Shown here: one piece after another, positions 11,963 through 25,894 of the stretch
Numbering within the stretch: position 1 is the first letter of the stretch
Layout: each line of letters starts with the position of its first letter
Assembly: GCA_951406725.2 (NCBI GenBank)
Contig: OX597833.1
Location: 38,998,001-39,062,000 of the forward strand
Direction of reading: 5' to 3'
DNA from: Octopus vulgaris
Taxonomy: Eukaryota
DNA: 64,000 nt
The notes under the pieces: model-generated
Told to the model about the DNA's origin: nothing
Databases searched by the model: none
Seen by the model: only the letters and a program-made list of their open reading frames with translations
Translations under genes and position numbers: made by a program

Positions 11963-12565
11963 TTAATAAAGGTTTCAAATTTTTGCACAAGGCCAACAAT
12001 GTTGGGAGTTGGGTAAGTCGATTACATGAATCCCAGTGCTCAGCTGGTGCTTATTTTATTGACCCTTGAAATGATGAGATGTATAGTTGACTTTGGTAGA
12101 ATTTGAACTCTAAATGTGAAGACAGATGAAATACCACTATGCATTTTGTCCAGTATGCTAATGATTCTGACAGCTCATCACTTTGAATAATAATCCTTTC
12201 TACCAGAAGTACAAGGCTTCAAATTTTGGGGAAGGGATTGAGTTGATTACATCAACCCCAGTACATAACTGATACTTATTTAATTGATCCCAAAAGGATG
12301 AAAGGCGAAGTTAACCTCGGCAGAATTTGAACTCAGAACATAATGACAGACGAAATACCTATTTCTTTACTACCCACAAGGGGCTAAACACAGAGAGGAC
12401 AAACAAGGACAGACAAACGGATTAACTGGTATTTAATTTATCGACCCCGAAAGGATGAAAGTCAAAGTCGACCTTGACGGGATTTGAACTCAGAACATAA
12501 AGACAGACGAAATACCGCTAAGCATTTTACCCGGCATGCTAACATTTCTGCCAGCTCACCGCCTT
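11732..12565 (-). mobile_element. Head-to-tail array of four Meta/Nin-like SINE copies
   Basis: Four repeats of ...gaccc..aaaggatgaaaggc.aagt.gacct.ggc.gaatttgaactcagaa, mostly separated by (AAT)n. Confidence 0.85.
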
Positions 12566-12584
12566 AAATAATAATAATAATAAT

Positions 12585-13145
12585 CATTGTTTAACGTCTG
12601 CTTTCCCTGCTGGCATGGGTTTGACGGTTTGACTGAGGACTGGTGAGCCAGATGGCTGCACCAGGCTCCAATTTGATCAGGCAGAGTTTCTACAGCTGGA
12701 TGCCCTTCCTAATGCCAACCACTCCAAGAGTGTAGTGGGAGCTTTTATGTGCCACCAGCATGAGGGCCAGACAAATGGTGTTTTTTATGTGTCATCTGCA
12801 CAGGAGCCAGTCCAGTGGCACCGGCAACAACCTCGCTCGAATGTTGTTTTTCACATGCCACTGGCACAAGTGTCAGTAAGGTGACAGTGGTATAAATCAC
12901 GCTCAAATGGTGCTTTTTATGTGCCACTGGCATGGGACCCAGTCTACGGCCCTGGCAACGATCATGCTTGGATGGTGCTTTTAACGTTCCAGTGGCACAG
13001 GTGCCAACCATGCGGTGTTGTCATCGACCATGTCAGCGAATTTGATTTTAATTGTGATTTCACTTGCCTCAACAGGTTTTCGCAAGCAAAGCTTAGTGTC
13101 CAATGAAAGGAAGGTACGCCTATGTTGGCTGGTTACACCGCTGGC
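12585..13145 (-). mobile_element. SINE-like element with RTE-type tail and internal tandem units
   Basis: Tail ccatgccagc...gacgttaa(atg)n and ggttggcattaggaagggcatccagc motif, shared with more than 10 copies in the window. Confidence 0.75.
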
Positions 13146-13164
13146 ATAATAATATTAATTTGGG

Positions 13165-13390
13165 GACAGTATCAAAGGCATTAAGAGAAATATAAAGAAA
13201 ATCAGAATAGAGTGTCCAGTAGAACTGTTACAAAAGGTTTGCCTCCTTGGCACAGCCAGGATGATCAGGTACGTTTTAGACAGTTGAAAAGAACAGACAG
13301 CATGGTACCATAGGCTGCAAGGAGCAAGTCTGCTACACATGCAAGACTCCAGGAGTTCCAACAAAACTTTAGTTAAAATAAATTAATAAT
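13165..13390 (+). mobile_element. R4/Dong-like non-LTR retrotransposon 3' end
   Basis: Translates IRIECPVELLQKVCLLGTARMIRYVLDS*, matching the QK..LLGTA.I.R.VL C-terminus of restriction-like-endonuclease elements; AAT tail. Confidence 0.7.
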
Positions 13391-13964
13391 GATGATGATG
13401 TATTTTATTGGCTAGCCACAATTGCTTAAGACAACAAAATACAAAAAGAAAACAATTGCAAAAAATAACATTAAGGGATTTACATAGAATAAAGAGGGGG
13501 AAACCTACCAAACAATAAAGGCACATAGTAAATCAATAACAATCTATAACAATAACAATATTGAATAACAAAATAACCAGAGAGGATCACCAAAATGGTG
13601 GTGGTGGTGGTGGTGGTGGTAGTGGTGAAGAGGCTACCATGTAGGGCGATTTGGGGGCACCCTAGATGCAGCCCCTAAATTACTCTGATACACGATGGAA
13701 AGTGTCTTTGCTCAGTTTTTGTGTAGTTAGAGTAAAACCTGTCAGCTTATACTCCTCTCACCCTGCCCGTTTTGTAAAATTTACTGAAGGGAAGCATTTT
13801 CGCTCTTTCTCCTTCTCTCTCTCTCTTCCGGTTTCTTTCTTTCTCTCTCTCTCTCTCTTGCTATCCATCCTCTCTTCTTCAAGTGGTACTTGAAGAAGTT
13901 GATGAGAGCTTATGATTCCTTCAACAAACAAGGGATATCCAAAAATTAATCTAATATAATCTTA

Positions 13965-14790
13965 TCACCATCACCACCATCACCATCACCGCCACTACTA
14001 CCACCACCACCGTCATCATTGACATGGTTGTTGTCATCATCATCACTACCATTGTCGTTGGTAGCAGCTACAGTGGTGGTGACATCATTGTCATCATTGT
14101 CATCATCATCATCACCACCACCTCCATCATCATCATCATCATCGTCATCATCATCATCTTCATCATCACCACTGCCATCATCATTATCATTGTCTTCGTC
14201 ATCACCATTATCATCATTATGATCACCATCATCACAACTATGACCTATGTTTCTAGATTGTTATTCTTGCTGTTATTTTAGTTTCTGATCAAGTCAGATT
14301 GACCAAATCTTAGGTAAATGTACAGAAAGAGCAAGACTAGTTATCACCAGCTCTATTATGTCTATCGTCGTCATCGTCACTGTCATCATCTTCATCATAA
14401 TCATCATCATCATCCTCATTGTCACCACTTCATAATCTTTATTATCATAGCTTCTGTAGCCATCATTGTCATCACAATTATTTTTATCAGTTATCATCAC
14501 CATCATCAACCACTATAATCACTATCATCACTATCATTGTCATCCTTGTCATCATCGTCATCATCATCACTGTTGTCATCATCGTCACCATCATCACTAT
14601 CGTCAACATTAACTTCAAAATCATGATCATGATGATGATGATCATCACCATCATCATTTTCATCATCGTCATTAACTTCATCATGATCATGATCAACATC
14701 AACATCATCTCTATAGATAGATACTGTCATCAATAATATTATCGCTGCTCTCATCTTCATTACCCTCATCATTACTATTGTATTGTCATC
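13965..14790. repeat. Degenerate (ATC)n/(ACC)n tract
   Basis: Direct inspection. Confidence 0.95.
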
Positions 14791-14997
14791 TTTCTGTTTC
14801 TCTATCTTAATTGGCCTATATTGAAATAGAAATATTCAAAATATTTCCCCTCCAAGTCTGCTGTTGGGGTGGAGTGAAAGTGTAGTAGGGAGTGGGTAGA
14901 AAAAATAACAAGCAAAACAAAACAAACTGTTATACCCTTCACCTCCCCAATTAGAAATCTAAGCCATAAGTGTTCTGTTCAAGTTATCTTTGTTTTA

Positions 14998-15056
<59 letters not shown>

Positions 15057-15379
15057 ACATCACCATCATCACCATCATTTAATGCCCGCTTTAGACAGTT
15101 TGTGTGGAATTGGTAAGCTGGAGAGCTGTACCAAGCTCCAGTTTGTTTTGGTTTGGTTCCTATGGCTGGATGCCCTTTCTAATGCCACCCACTCTGCAGA
15201 GTGGACTGGGTGCTTTTTATATATCACCAGCACAGTTGCCTTTTATCTGTCACTGGTATGGGTACCATTATGTGTCACTGGCAGTGGTGGATTAACCATT
15301 AAACGAAATAAGCACGTGCTTATGGCGTTGCAGGAAGGAGTGAGGCACGACAGAAATGGTGAATGGTTTAAGGTACCAA

Positions 15380-15693
15380 AGAAATCACTTTAAACATGCA
15401 AAAATGATATTCAGGAGGCCTTTATCTCTGCCAAGTATAGATGGAGATGTGTTACCTAAGATTAATTTTGAGGATCTGATCAAAGACTTTGCAATTCAAA
15501 AAAGTTGGAGGAAACTTTTCAAATATAAATAAAGTGGAAATATACAAAAATAAACATTATTTTCCCTCTTACTGTTTTGTTTCGCTTTGAAAAATAAAAA
15601 TTTATTTTATGGTTTGTTATTGTTTATATTTTGAATTACATATCTTTTATGGTGGCACCAAAGTCTTTAAAGTGGGGTCATAATCTAGCCCTG
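15380..15693 (+). mobile_element. hAT transposase C-terminal remnant
   Basis: SIDGDVLPKINFEDLIKDFAIQKSWRK resembles the hAT dimerisation-domain end (LSIE.....F...I.DFA..K.R). Confidence 0.6.
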
Positions 15694-15904
15694 GTCACTG
15701 GCATGGTTGTCTGTTATGTATCACATGCATGGGTGCCTTAAATGCGTCACTGGCACGGGTGCCTTTTATATGTCACTGGCACAGGTACCTTTTACATATT
15801 ACCAGCACTGGTCTCGACTAAGATTTCACTTGGCTCGACGTGTCTTCCGAAGCACAACAAATTGCCAAAGGTCTTGGTCACCTTTATTCTTTTATCCTTT
15901 AATT

Positions 15905-16162
15905 TTTTTAGTCGTTTGACTGTGGCTATGTTGGAGCACTGCCTTTAGTCAAGCAAATCATCCCCAGAACTTATTCTTTGTAAGCCTAGTATCTATTGTA
16001 TCGGTCTCTTTTACCAAACTGCTAAGTTACAGGGATGTAAACACACCATCGGTTGTCAAGCGATGTTGGGGGGAAAAACACAGACACACAAACATACACA
16101 CACACATACATATACATATATAAATATATATATATGTCGTTCAGCCAAGACTGCACTGCACC

Positions 16163-16193
<31 letters not shown>

Positions 16194-16357
16194 GACGGGC
16201 TTCTTTCAGTTTCTGTCTACCAAATCCACTCACAAGGATTTAGTCGGCCCAAGGCTATAGTAGAAGACACTTACCCAAGGTACCATGCAGTGGGACTGAA
16301 CCCAGAACCTTGTGGTTGGGAAGCAAGCTTCTTACCACACAACCACTCCTATGCCTA
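15905..16357 (-). mobile_element. CORE-like SINE (OR2-like)
   Basis: Same family as 32102-32516. Confidence 0.9.
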
Positions 16358-17160
16358 CTTGTCATCAATTTTGTAAGACTTAACATCCAAAGCTTATACT
16401 TCACCTCATCCCAATAACCACTTATTAAGAATTAAGTCTAAATCCCATTTAGTTCAACTTAACCTTTATCTTTCCTGACAAAATCAGTACCAGTAATATA
16501 CTGAAGCTTAACCTTTTAACATTCAGATTACTCTATTAAATGAAATGCTCATTTATTCACATCGTTTTCAAATAATCTTGCATCATCCCCATAGCTTTGA
16601 GACTTTGATGATGTCTTTCAGTCATAAGACCATGGCCATGCTGGGGCAACACCTAGAAGAATTTTACTTGAATGAATTGACCCCAGTACTTTTTCCTTTT
16701 TGTTTTAAGCCTGGTACTTATTCTATCAGTCTCTTTTGCTGAACCACTAAATTACAGGGACATAAACACATATATGTATATGATGGGCTTTTTTCAGTTT
16801 TCATTTACCAAATCCACTCACAAGGTGCCATGCAGTGGAGCTGAACCAAGTGCCCAGATGACAAAAACAAAGTTTGAAGGGAATAGTAGTCATTTCCTTT
16901 GATTTCTTGATAGAAACAAATAAGAAATAGCACTGACTGACCAAAGACGAAAACAAAAATAAAAATTTTGTTACACAGTGTAATGTTTACATTGCTAGAG
17001 CTGGTTTTAATTCCTTATTTAATATTATTTATTATTATTACTATTCAGTATAAAGCAATGAGCTGGTAGGGTCGTTAGCATACTTGGGTGAAATGCTTAG
17101 CAGTATTTCGTCTGTTTTTACATTCTGAGTTCAAATTCCACTGAGGTTGACTTTATGTTA

Positions 17161-17225
17161 CTTTTCAAAAATTCCAATTCTAAAGGGTCGAAACAAACCT
17201 GAGCAACGCCGGGCGATACTGTTAG
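17161..17225 (+). mobile_element. Helitron 3' terminal fragment
   Basis: Hairpin cctgagcaacgccggg followed by ttag|t; reverse complement of 25895-25958. Confidence 0.7.
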
Positions 17226-17531
17226 TATATATATATATATGTTTATGTATGTATATATTGTTAGCCACTAAGGGACATGCTCAAGTGATTAAGGTCAAGC
17301 AAGTCACACACACACGTATGCATGCACACACACACACAATTACACATGTATATACATACATATACATATATGTACACACACACATCCATTTTTAGAATAT
17401 TGTTTTTTTTTTACACATATGACTTACAGCTATAATGGATATATGTGATGTGCATTGAAAAAAAAAAGATCATTATTCCAGAAAAGAATTCTTTCATGTT
17501 CTCTCAAAAGTTTATAAAATTCTTATGATGT

Positions 17532-17534
<3 letters not shown>

Positions 17535-17574
<40 letters not shown>

Positions 17575-17578
17575 ATAT

Positions 17579-17658
<80 letters not shown>

Positions 17659-17732
17659 TATGTGCATATACATACATATATATGTGTATGTATGTAGAAA
17701 TATTAATATTTCTAAATCTCTCTGTATGTATG

Positions 17733-17764
<32 letters not shown>

Positions 17765-17776
17765 TTTATGTATGTA

Positions 17777-17816
<40 letters not shown>

Positions 17817-17886
17817 TACATATATATATATATACACATACATACATACATATATATTATATATATATGTGCATATACATATATAT
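17535..17886. repeat. Compound TA/TG microsatellite
   Basis: Direct inspection. Confidence 0.95.
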
Positions 17887-18093
17887 TTCTTTACTGCCCA
17901 CAAGGGGCTAAACATAGAGGGGACACACAAAGACAGACAAAGGGATTAAGTCGATTACATCGGCCCCAGTGCGAAACTGGTACTTTATTTACTGATCCTG
18001 AAAGGATGAAAGGCAAAGTCAACCTTGGCGGAATTTGAACTCAGAACGTAACGACAGATGAAATACTGTTAAGTATTTCGCTCGGCATGCTAA
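17887..18093 (-). mobile_element. Meta/Nin-like SINE
   Basis: Same sequence as 1555-1712 and 12362-12565. Confidence 0.85.
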
Positions 18094-18119
18094 CATATAT
18101 ACATATATATCAACATCAT

Positions 18120-18430
18120 CATCGTTTAACATTCACTTTCCCATGCTAGCACGGGTTGCACAATTTGACTGAGGACTGGCGAACCAGATGGCTGCACCAG
18201 ACTCCAATCTTGATCTGGCAGAGTTTCTATAGCTGGATGCCCTTCTTAACGCCAACCACTCCAAGAATGTAGTGGGTGCTTTTACATGCCACCGGTACGA
18301 GGGCCAAGCAGGCGGTACAGGCAATGGCTATGCTCAAATGGTGTTTTTTACATGCCAACTGCATAGGAGCCAGTCCAGCGGCACTGGCAACAACCCTGCT
18401 TGAATGTTTTTTCACGTGCCAGTAAGGCGA
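18120..18430 (-). mobile_element. RTE-tailed SINE-like element
   Basis: Colinear with 12585-12860. Confidence 0.8.
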
Positions 18431-19603
18431 GTGCCATATATATAAATATATATACATATATGTACTAGCAATGCATTCTGGCGTTGCCAGGGTGTTATGA
18501 TCTACAGCCATATTGTATTATTTGTCCCTTTATTATGGGCAGAATCAGCACAGCTGATATATAGTGAACTAAATTACTGGCCTAATGGAAGTTATTGTTT
18601 GTTTAAAAGTGAAGGGGGAGGAGAGGGTACAATTTGCATAAAAGTGCTTCCTGTTCTTAAAAAAGATCACAAACTATGTATTGTTTCATTGTATAAAAGG
18701 AGGTTAATACGATTTTGCCCAGAAATCATATTTTCAAAATTCTAGTTTCCCCCCGTCCCCACCACAATTTCTTAATTTGTAACTTTTTTAGGAATTGTTT
18801 ATCCATGTAGAAAAATACAGGGATTATGAATCTGGGATAAATATTTTTTTTAAAGTTTAATTTTTCTTAAAGAAACACTCAATGCCCCTTCCCCTACCAA
18901 GCCCACCCATCACCTACCTGCTTTCAAAAAGCTAAAAACATACACTGTTTCACTTTCATCTAATGTTTCATGCATGCATAGAATTGTACTGAAATAGCAG
19001 ACATAAAAAATACCAGACCACCACCAGAAAACCCGATATGCTAGAAACAACAGGTAAATGACATTATTTCTGAAGAAACTTCCCCACTTTCCAAAAAGCT
19101 TAAAGTGAAACATTGGAAGTTTGTAGCTTTTCAAAAGTGCTGAGGTGATGGGTGGATGTTTGGGAAGGAGATTTTAGTGTTTCTTTAAGAAAAAAAGGAA
19201 GAAGAAAATTGTTTAAGATTTGTACTCTGTTTTTTTCTGTATGGATTACCAAGAAAAAAATTTGGAAAAAAGTAAAAACAATGAAAAGATTGGGATAGGG
19301 AGGGAGAAAGTTAAAATATTGTGAACATGTTTCTTGGGTGAAAACAAGAATCAGAAGAAATTTAGGAAAAAAATCGGGAGAAGGGGGTACAAATGTCACC
19401 TCATACATGCTAGAAACAACAAGTAAAGGACAGGTTTTCTGGGAGAACTCCATTAAAATTCATATCGAAGATCAGGATTTTAAATGCACTCATTACAAAC
19501 ACAAATTACAGAACAGAAAAAGGTGATTTTAATTGGATTTCAGTTGTAATTTTGCGCATGCACATAGCAAGAAATAACATAATTCCCGCAGAAGTTTTAG
19601 TTA

Positions 19604-19643
<40 letters not shown>

Positions 19644-19856
19644 GTGCATGTGTGCGTGCCAAACGAAGTTATTTTATGGCATTCTTTCATTTGAAACAGG
19701 AAAGTTGTCAACTCAATCATATTGGATCATATGATTGTTAGTTAATGTCCATAGAATAAAAAAAATTTTTGTAATGCAAATATGTAAATGAAGATAAAGT
19801 TTATTTGTTAGCTGAAAGATTACTGAATCTTTTGATACCCCATATGTCAAAATCAG

Positions 19857-20220
19857 CAACTGCCTTGAAGAATTTTTACTCAAATGAATTGACCTTAGTA
19901 CATTTTTTTTTGTTTAAGCTTGGTACATATCCTATTAGACACTTTGACCGAACCGCTAAGTTACAGGGATGTAAACACACAAACAACTGTTGTCAAGCAG
20001 TGGTCAGAGACAAACAGAGTCACAAATACACACATACGTGCACGCGTGCACACACACACGCACACACACAATTGACTTCTTTCAGGTTCCATCTACTAAA
20101 TCCACTCAGAAGGTTTTGGTTGACCTGAGACTATACTAGAAGCCCAAGGTGCCACACAGTAGGACGGAACCCAGAACCATGTGGCTTGGAAGCAAGCATC
20201 TTACCACACAGCCACTCCAT
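19857..20220 (-). mobile_element. CORE-like SINE, diverged
   Basis: Same family as 32102-32516. Confidence 0.8.
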
Positions 20221-20284
20221 AGAGTGTAAAAGCTTTACGTCATTGGTGTTAAAGCATATCTGAGTAATAGATCTGTAGCCACTG

Positions 20285-20515
20285 ACTGAACCTCATAATC
20301 TTGAAGGATGTGAAGGGTGCTGGTGGTGCCTGAGATGGCTGTTCAGGCCAAGTGTGATATAAAAGAGCTGGGAGCATTTATTGCAGGGCAGTGTTGGTGG
20401 AGGATGAGGAAGTGTGAGTTGCTCTTCGTGTTGTCGACACTGGATCTCTGTATCTTGAGGTCATTTTCCATCAGATCTGTTCCCTTGATGTTGACATGCC
20501 ACCACCTTGCGTAGA
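20285..20515 (-). mobile_element. RTE (BovB-like) LINE 3' remnant
   Basis: Minus strand gives CNKCSQLFYITLGLNSHLRHH, the terminal C2H2-like motif of RTE ORFs. Confidence 0.55.
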
Positions 20516-21559
20516 ACTTGGCAATTGTCTCTCAGGCTTATAATAGAAGACACTTGCCTATGGTGCATTGCAGTAGGACCGAACTTAAAACCATGTGGTT
20601 GTAAAGTGCGCTTCTTCACCACACAGCCACCTTGGGTCCTGTGCTTCTCGGCCCCTGTTACGAATTCCTTATTTCTTCCACTCTGTTCAAACTTTTTAGA
20701 TATTGGTTTTTCTTGCCATCATTTTATTGTGGCATTCCTTAGCCTCATCTTTGGCTTAGATTTGACCCTTTTTGCTCAATTACTGTTGTTGATTTTCCTT
20801 TTCCTTCCAAACTATCTTTTATTTTAGCCTTTGTGTTTGTTGAAGAGAGAGAAAGAAAAACAGTTCTATATTTTGTTTGTTCATGGCTATTTACATTAAT
20901 TTTTCATGATTCTTTCTGAACAGTAACCACTTTACAATGTGTAAAAGCACCCTGTACATACTGTAAAATGGTTGGGATTAGGAAAGACATCCAACTGTAG
21001 AAACCATTCCAAAATCTGACACTAGAATTTGACACAGTCCTGTTGCTTGATAGATCCTATTAAAACTGTCCAAATCATGCCAGCATGGAAAATGTACAAC
21101 GACGATGATGACGACAATGAAAACAACAATGACGTCAACGATGACGAGAATGACGACGACAATGATGACGATGACGATAATTTGCTAAATTTTCTTTGTA
21201 GTCTAACAATGGATATTTTATAACAGTTTTCCAATTGCAATAAGAATCCTGCCATCTTGTATTTGTTTTTAATTATTCTATGTCAGATTTTGGGTGATGT
21301 ATTTTAATAATCATATCTCTCTTACTTTTCTGTCTAATTTTATTACTTTGTTTGGCATCTAATTGAGAATATCATAACTGTAATTTATTACTGGGAGAGC
21401 TGAAGTATTGGTACATATTACCTTATTTTTGCATTTAGATCTGTTTTAAATTCTAATTTAATGCTTTTATAATACTGTTCCTTAATCTTTCCTCTCATTT
21501 ACGTTTATTACACATTGTCTTGTCCATTGATTCTTAAATATATCTAAGTCTGTGTCTAA

Positions 21560-21768
21560 CCCTTTCATACCGTATTTATTTTGAGATGCTCTATGTTTCT
21601 TTCAATTGCTTTAAATATAACAAAGAATTTAGCAAAATAACTTAGTTATTATTCAGCTGGTGTTAGGAACATAAATTGTGATTAAGGTTTAGTGGAAGAT
21701 TTTAGTTCAAAACTTATAAAAACAAGACATTTGTACTCAGAGCCAGAGTCGGTTTGGTAATGAAAGGG
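21560..21768. mobile_element. piggyBac-type MITE
   Basis: Terminal inverted repeats ccctttcatacc / ggtaatgaaaggg with ctaa / ttaa flanks (TTAA-like target). Confidence 0.75.
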
Positions 21769-22329
21769 TTAAGCCAGTTCTCTAATCTCAATTTTTTTGT
21801 TAAGCATGATAAGGTGTTCTTAATATTTCTCTCTTCAAGGTTGCCTTGATGCATTTTTCTACTTCAAATCTCATGTTAGTTTTTCTCGCAAATCCATATA
21901 CTATCTGCAGTAGCTTTTCTAGTTGTTTAACATTTGCAGCAGACAAGTTGAGATTATCAGCATACAAAAGATTTGCTGATTGACTTACTTATAGCTTCAG
22001 TATCCCAATTCACACTAGTTGATTTATCAGTTAGAGGTGTCAGTATCAGAGTAAAAAAAAAAAGAAGTCTTCTTGGAATATTCTTTTCTCATAAGAATGG
22101 ATTTAATTTTCATAATTCCTACTTTTGTGTGTATCTGCAAAATTATTTATCATTTATTCATGATATGTTTCAGATTTCCTCTTATTATTGGTGCTACCAT
22201 ACTCATAGCTAGTGTTTACAAGGTCCACATCAGGAGAATACAGTCAAAAGCCTTCTGGTTGTCAATCTATACCATGCTCAGACTCTTTTTGTTCCTCCTG
22301 TAATCAGCCACAATTATGATTTCACTTGA

Positions 22330-22705
22330 CCCATGTAACCAAGTGATATTGTAGTCATGGTTGATGCTGGTGTCATGTAACTGGCATCCATGCTGGTGGC
22401 ACGTAAAAAGTACCCTTCAAACATTGGGCCTCACAGAGGCAATGATAAGTGACCGAGACCTTTGATGATATGCTGTTCTTGAGAAGACCCATCAAGACAA
22501 GTATCATGTAACTTGCACCTGTGCCGGTGGGACATAAAAAGCATCCATTACACACTTGAAGTGGTTTGTGTTAGGAAGGGCATCCAGCCATAGAAACCAT
22601 GCCAAATCAGATTGGAACCTGTTGTAGCCCTCCTGCTTACCAGTTTCAGTCAAACTGTCCAACTCATGCCAGCATAAAAGCAGATGTTAAATGATGATGA
22701 TGATA
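22330..22705 (+). mobile_element. RTE-tailed SINE-like element nested in the Dong-like ORF
   Basis: tggcacgtaaaaag units, gttaggaagggcatccagc, tail gttaaatgatgatg. Confidence 0.8.
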
Positions 22706-23574
22706 ATGAAATTTACAGCCATATAACCCTTTGCAACAATCCTCCTGCTCTTCTGGTAACAGGTTGTTTTTCCAACGTATTTATTTAGTCATTGTAAAAT
22801 CATTGCAGTGAGGTTGTTCAGGTTTTGTGAAGATAAGTTATGAATCTGTAGTTTTAGAATTCACTGTTCTTTCCAGTCTCAGACACTAAAATAGTTTTCC
22901 CATCAGAGTACATGTTAGATTAGCTTTCAAGCTCTGTTAGTATCTCATGAAACTTTTCTGCAGGCTCCTTATGTTATCTTAGAAGAATATTTTAGCCTGA
23001 TGGTTCAAATCTTATCATATCCTTTTTACATAAGCTTTCACACTTTTTCCCACCGTTCTTGACCCTGGGCTGCTTTCCTTTGGGGCAAGACCTTCTTCTC
23101 CCTAGTTTTGTTGGTTTGCCATACTAAACATGACAATCTCCACATCACAGAAAGGCAAAAAATGTGGCATGAGTTGGGCATGTGAAAATGTAGTTAGAAT
23201 GGTCTGCATGAATGAACCTGCTCTAAGCATGTACCTATAGGCTGAAAAGTTCAGAGGATAAGGGAAGTACTTGCCACGGTACTCGTGGTGATCAGGTTGG
23301 CTCAGGATCTGTGGGGTGTTGGCCACCCCAGTGTGGTGTGTTCCCTTTATTGGGAATATTGTTGTTTATGTAAATTCTCCACTGTCCTTTGTGTTTGTAT
23401 TGTCCTAAGCTTTTGCAGCCAAATTAGCCCACATCAGACAAAATACATTTCATCTGTTTTTATGTTTTGAGTTCAAATTCCACTGATGTCGACTTTACCT
23501 TTCATCCTTTCAGGGGTTGATAAAATAAGTACCAGTTGATGTAATTGATTTGCTTTCTGCTAAAATTTGGAACA

Positions 23575-24366
23575 GACATCTTTATCATCATCATCATCAT
23601 CATCATCACCATCACTATCATTGTCTTCATCATCATCATCATCATCATCATCACCACCATCACCATCATTGTCATTGTCATCATCATTATAATCATTATC
23701 ATCAGTATAATTAGTGTCTTCCTCCTCCTCCTCCTCATCATCATCATCGTCATCATCATCATTATCATCATCATCATCATCATCAACATAATGATTGTCA
23801 TCATCATCATTGTCATAATGATGATGATGATGATCATCATCATCATCGTTATCATCATCATCATCTTCACTGCTTATATTTCTTTTTGTTATAGACATTA
23901 TTGCTTGGTCAATAACTCCACCTCCATCAATCCCACCCCGTGATCAGTCTCACTCTCTCTCTCTCTCTCTTTCTCTCTCTCCCACGCACCCTTCCATATA
24001 GTTCACAGAATAAATCACTCCTCCACCCATTCAACTGACTTCTTCAGTATCCCATCACCATGCAAATGCACACAACCATCTTTATCTTCTGCTCCACAAG
24101 ACAGGAGACAGATTAGATATAAATGTAAATGAAATGACTTCCATTAACAACAACAACAACAGCAACAACAACGGCAACTATCAATAACAATCAGCAAGAA
24201 TAACAGCAGCAACAACAACAACAACAACAACTGCAACAACAATTCAAACAACTGCTGCAGAGCAACAACATCAACTTTTACAAACATCAATAACACACAC
24301 AACTGCCACCATACTCCTTTGATAATAATAATGATAATAATAATGATAATAATAATAATAATGATG

Positions 24367-24424
<58 letters not shown>

Positions 24425-24547
24425 GTTCCAATCGACCCACTCTCACCCGATTGCGAATATGTAAATAAGTAAAGAAAAGTAAAAATATAATTTATTTTTT
24501 GTAATTTGCTATTTTATGATCTAGAGTATATACATAAACTTTACATG

Positions 24548-24598
<51 letters not shown>

Positions 24599-24634
24599 AA
24601 TGTATGTATGTATGTATGTATGTATGTATGTATG

Positions 24635-24668
<34 letters not shown>

Positions 24669-24682
24669 TATATATATATATA

Positions 24683-24718
<36 letters not shown>

Positions 24719-24849
24719 TATATATGTATGTATGTATATATATATGTATGTATATATACATATACATATGTATATACAAATACACATACACACACACACA
24801 CATATATATATACATATACATATGTATATATATATATATACATATATGC

Positions 24850-24894
<45 letters not shown>

Positions 24895-25070
24895 TATATA
24901 TATGTATGTATATATATATATGTATGTGTGTATATATATACATATATACATATATATATATATGATATATATATATATATATATGTATATGTATATGTAT
25001 ATATATATATATATGTATACACACACACCTATGTATGTATATATGTATATATCTTTCTACACACACATGC
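23575..25070. repeat. Microsatellite cluster: (ATC)n, (CT)n, (AAC)n, (AAT)n, (TA/TATG)n
   Basis: Direct inspection. Confidence 0.9.
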
Positions 25071-25894
25071 TTATATGTATTAGTGACTCAGATCTCTACC
25101 TCTACCCCTATCTTTTCCCACATTGGATTAGCATCTGTATGTAGCCTCTTGGAAGTAATGGATTTGTTTTACAATTATTATTGGAATGTATATACTGAAA
25201 GAAAGACAGAGAGGGGGGAATTGGGCAGCAGGGAGAGGAGAGAGTAGGAGGAAGAGAGAGAGAGATTTTATATGGAAGAGAGTGAGATTAGGTTAAGAGT
25301 GCAGTGTGTCAGGGTGTGGGATGAGTTGCGAAACAACAACAAAACATTAAATGTAATGTTTGCCCATATCTCCCCCTCTCCAAGCTTTGTCACTCATTTA
25401 CCTTTATCATGTCACCCCCCTGCCCCAAACACCCACAACTCCAAATAGACAATGTCCCAATAAAAACATTTTAAAATGGGGATTGGGTAGGCCTGAGCAG
25501 AATAAATGAATAAATATATAAATAAATAACAAGTAGATAAACAGGATTTGTATCATCTAGACATAAAAGTTTTTTTTATTTTATTTATTGTTTATACAGA
25601 AATATAATGTTTATTTCGAAACATATGTAGTGCCCATGGGGAATTAATTTTGGAGGGTTAAAAGCTAAGTTCTTTTGCAACATGATGCTGGTATTAAAAC
25701 TATGATTTTAGAATGATCAAAGAAACTTCTCTCTACCTGAGCCAACAAAGAAACCTCTTAATAGTCACTCAACTTACAAGAAACAGCAGTTAAAAGTACC
25801 TTTAAATCATGCTCTGAGGCTTTCAGAAAGAATGATATATTGCATAATGTTGTCCCAGATATATTATCTTTTATCTTTTAAGTTTTATCATGTA

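Larger units (their letters stand above)
21180..23000 (-). mobile_element. Decayed R4/Dong-like reverse transcriptase ORF, interrupted by a MITE and a SINE
   Basis: Ordered degenerate motifs: NYRFIT, NNLLPEEQEDCCKGLYGCK, LSMV*IDNQKAFD, NLLYADNLNL, MRFEVEKCIKATL, KTDLNAKNKVICTNTSALPVINYSY, LLQLENCYKISIV. Confidence 0.8.
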
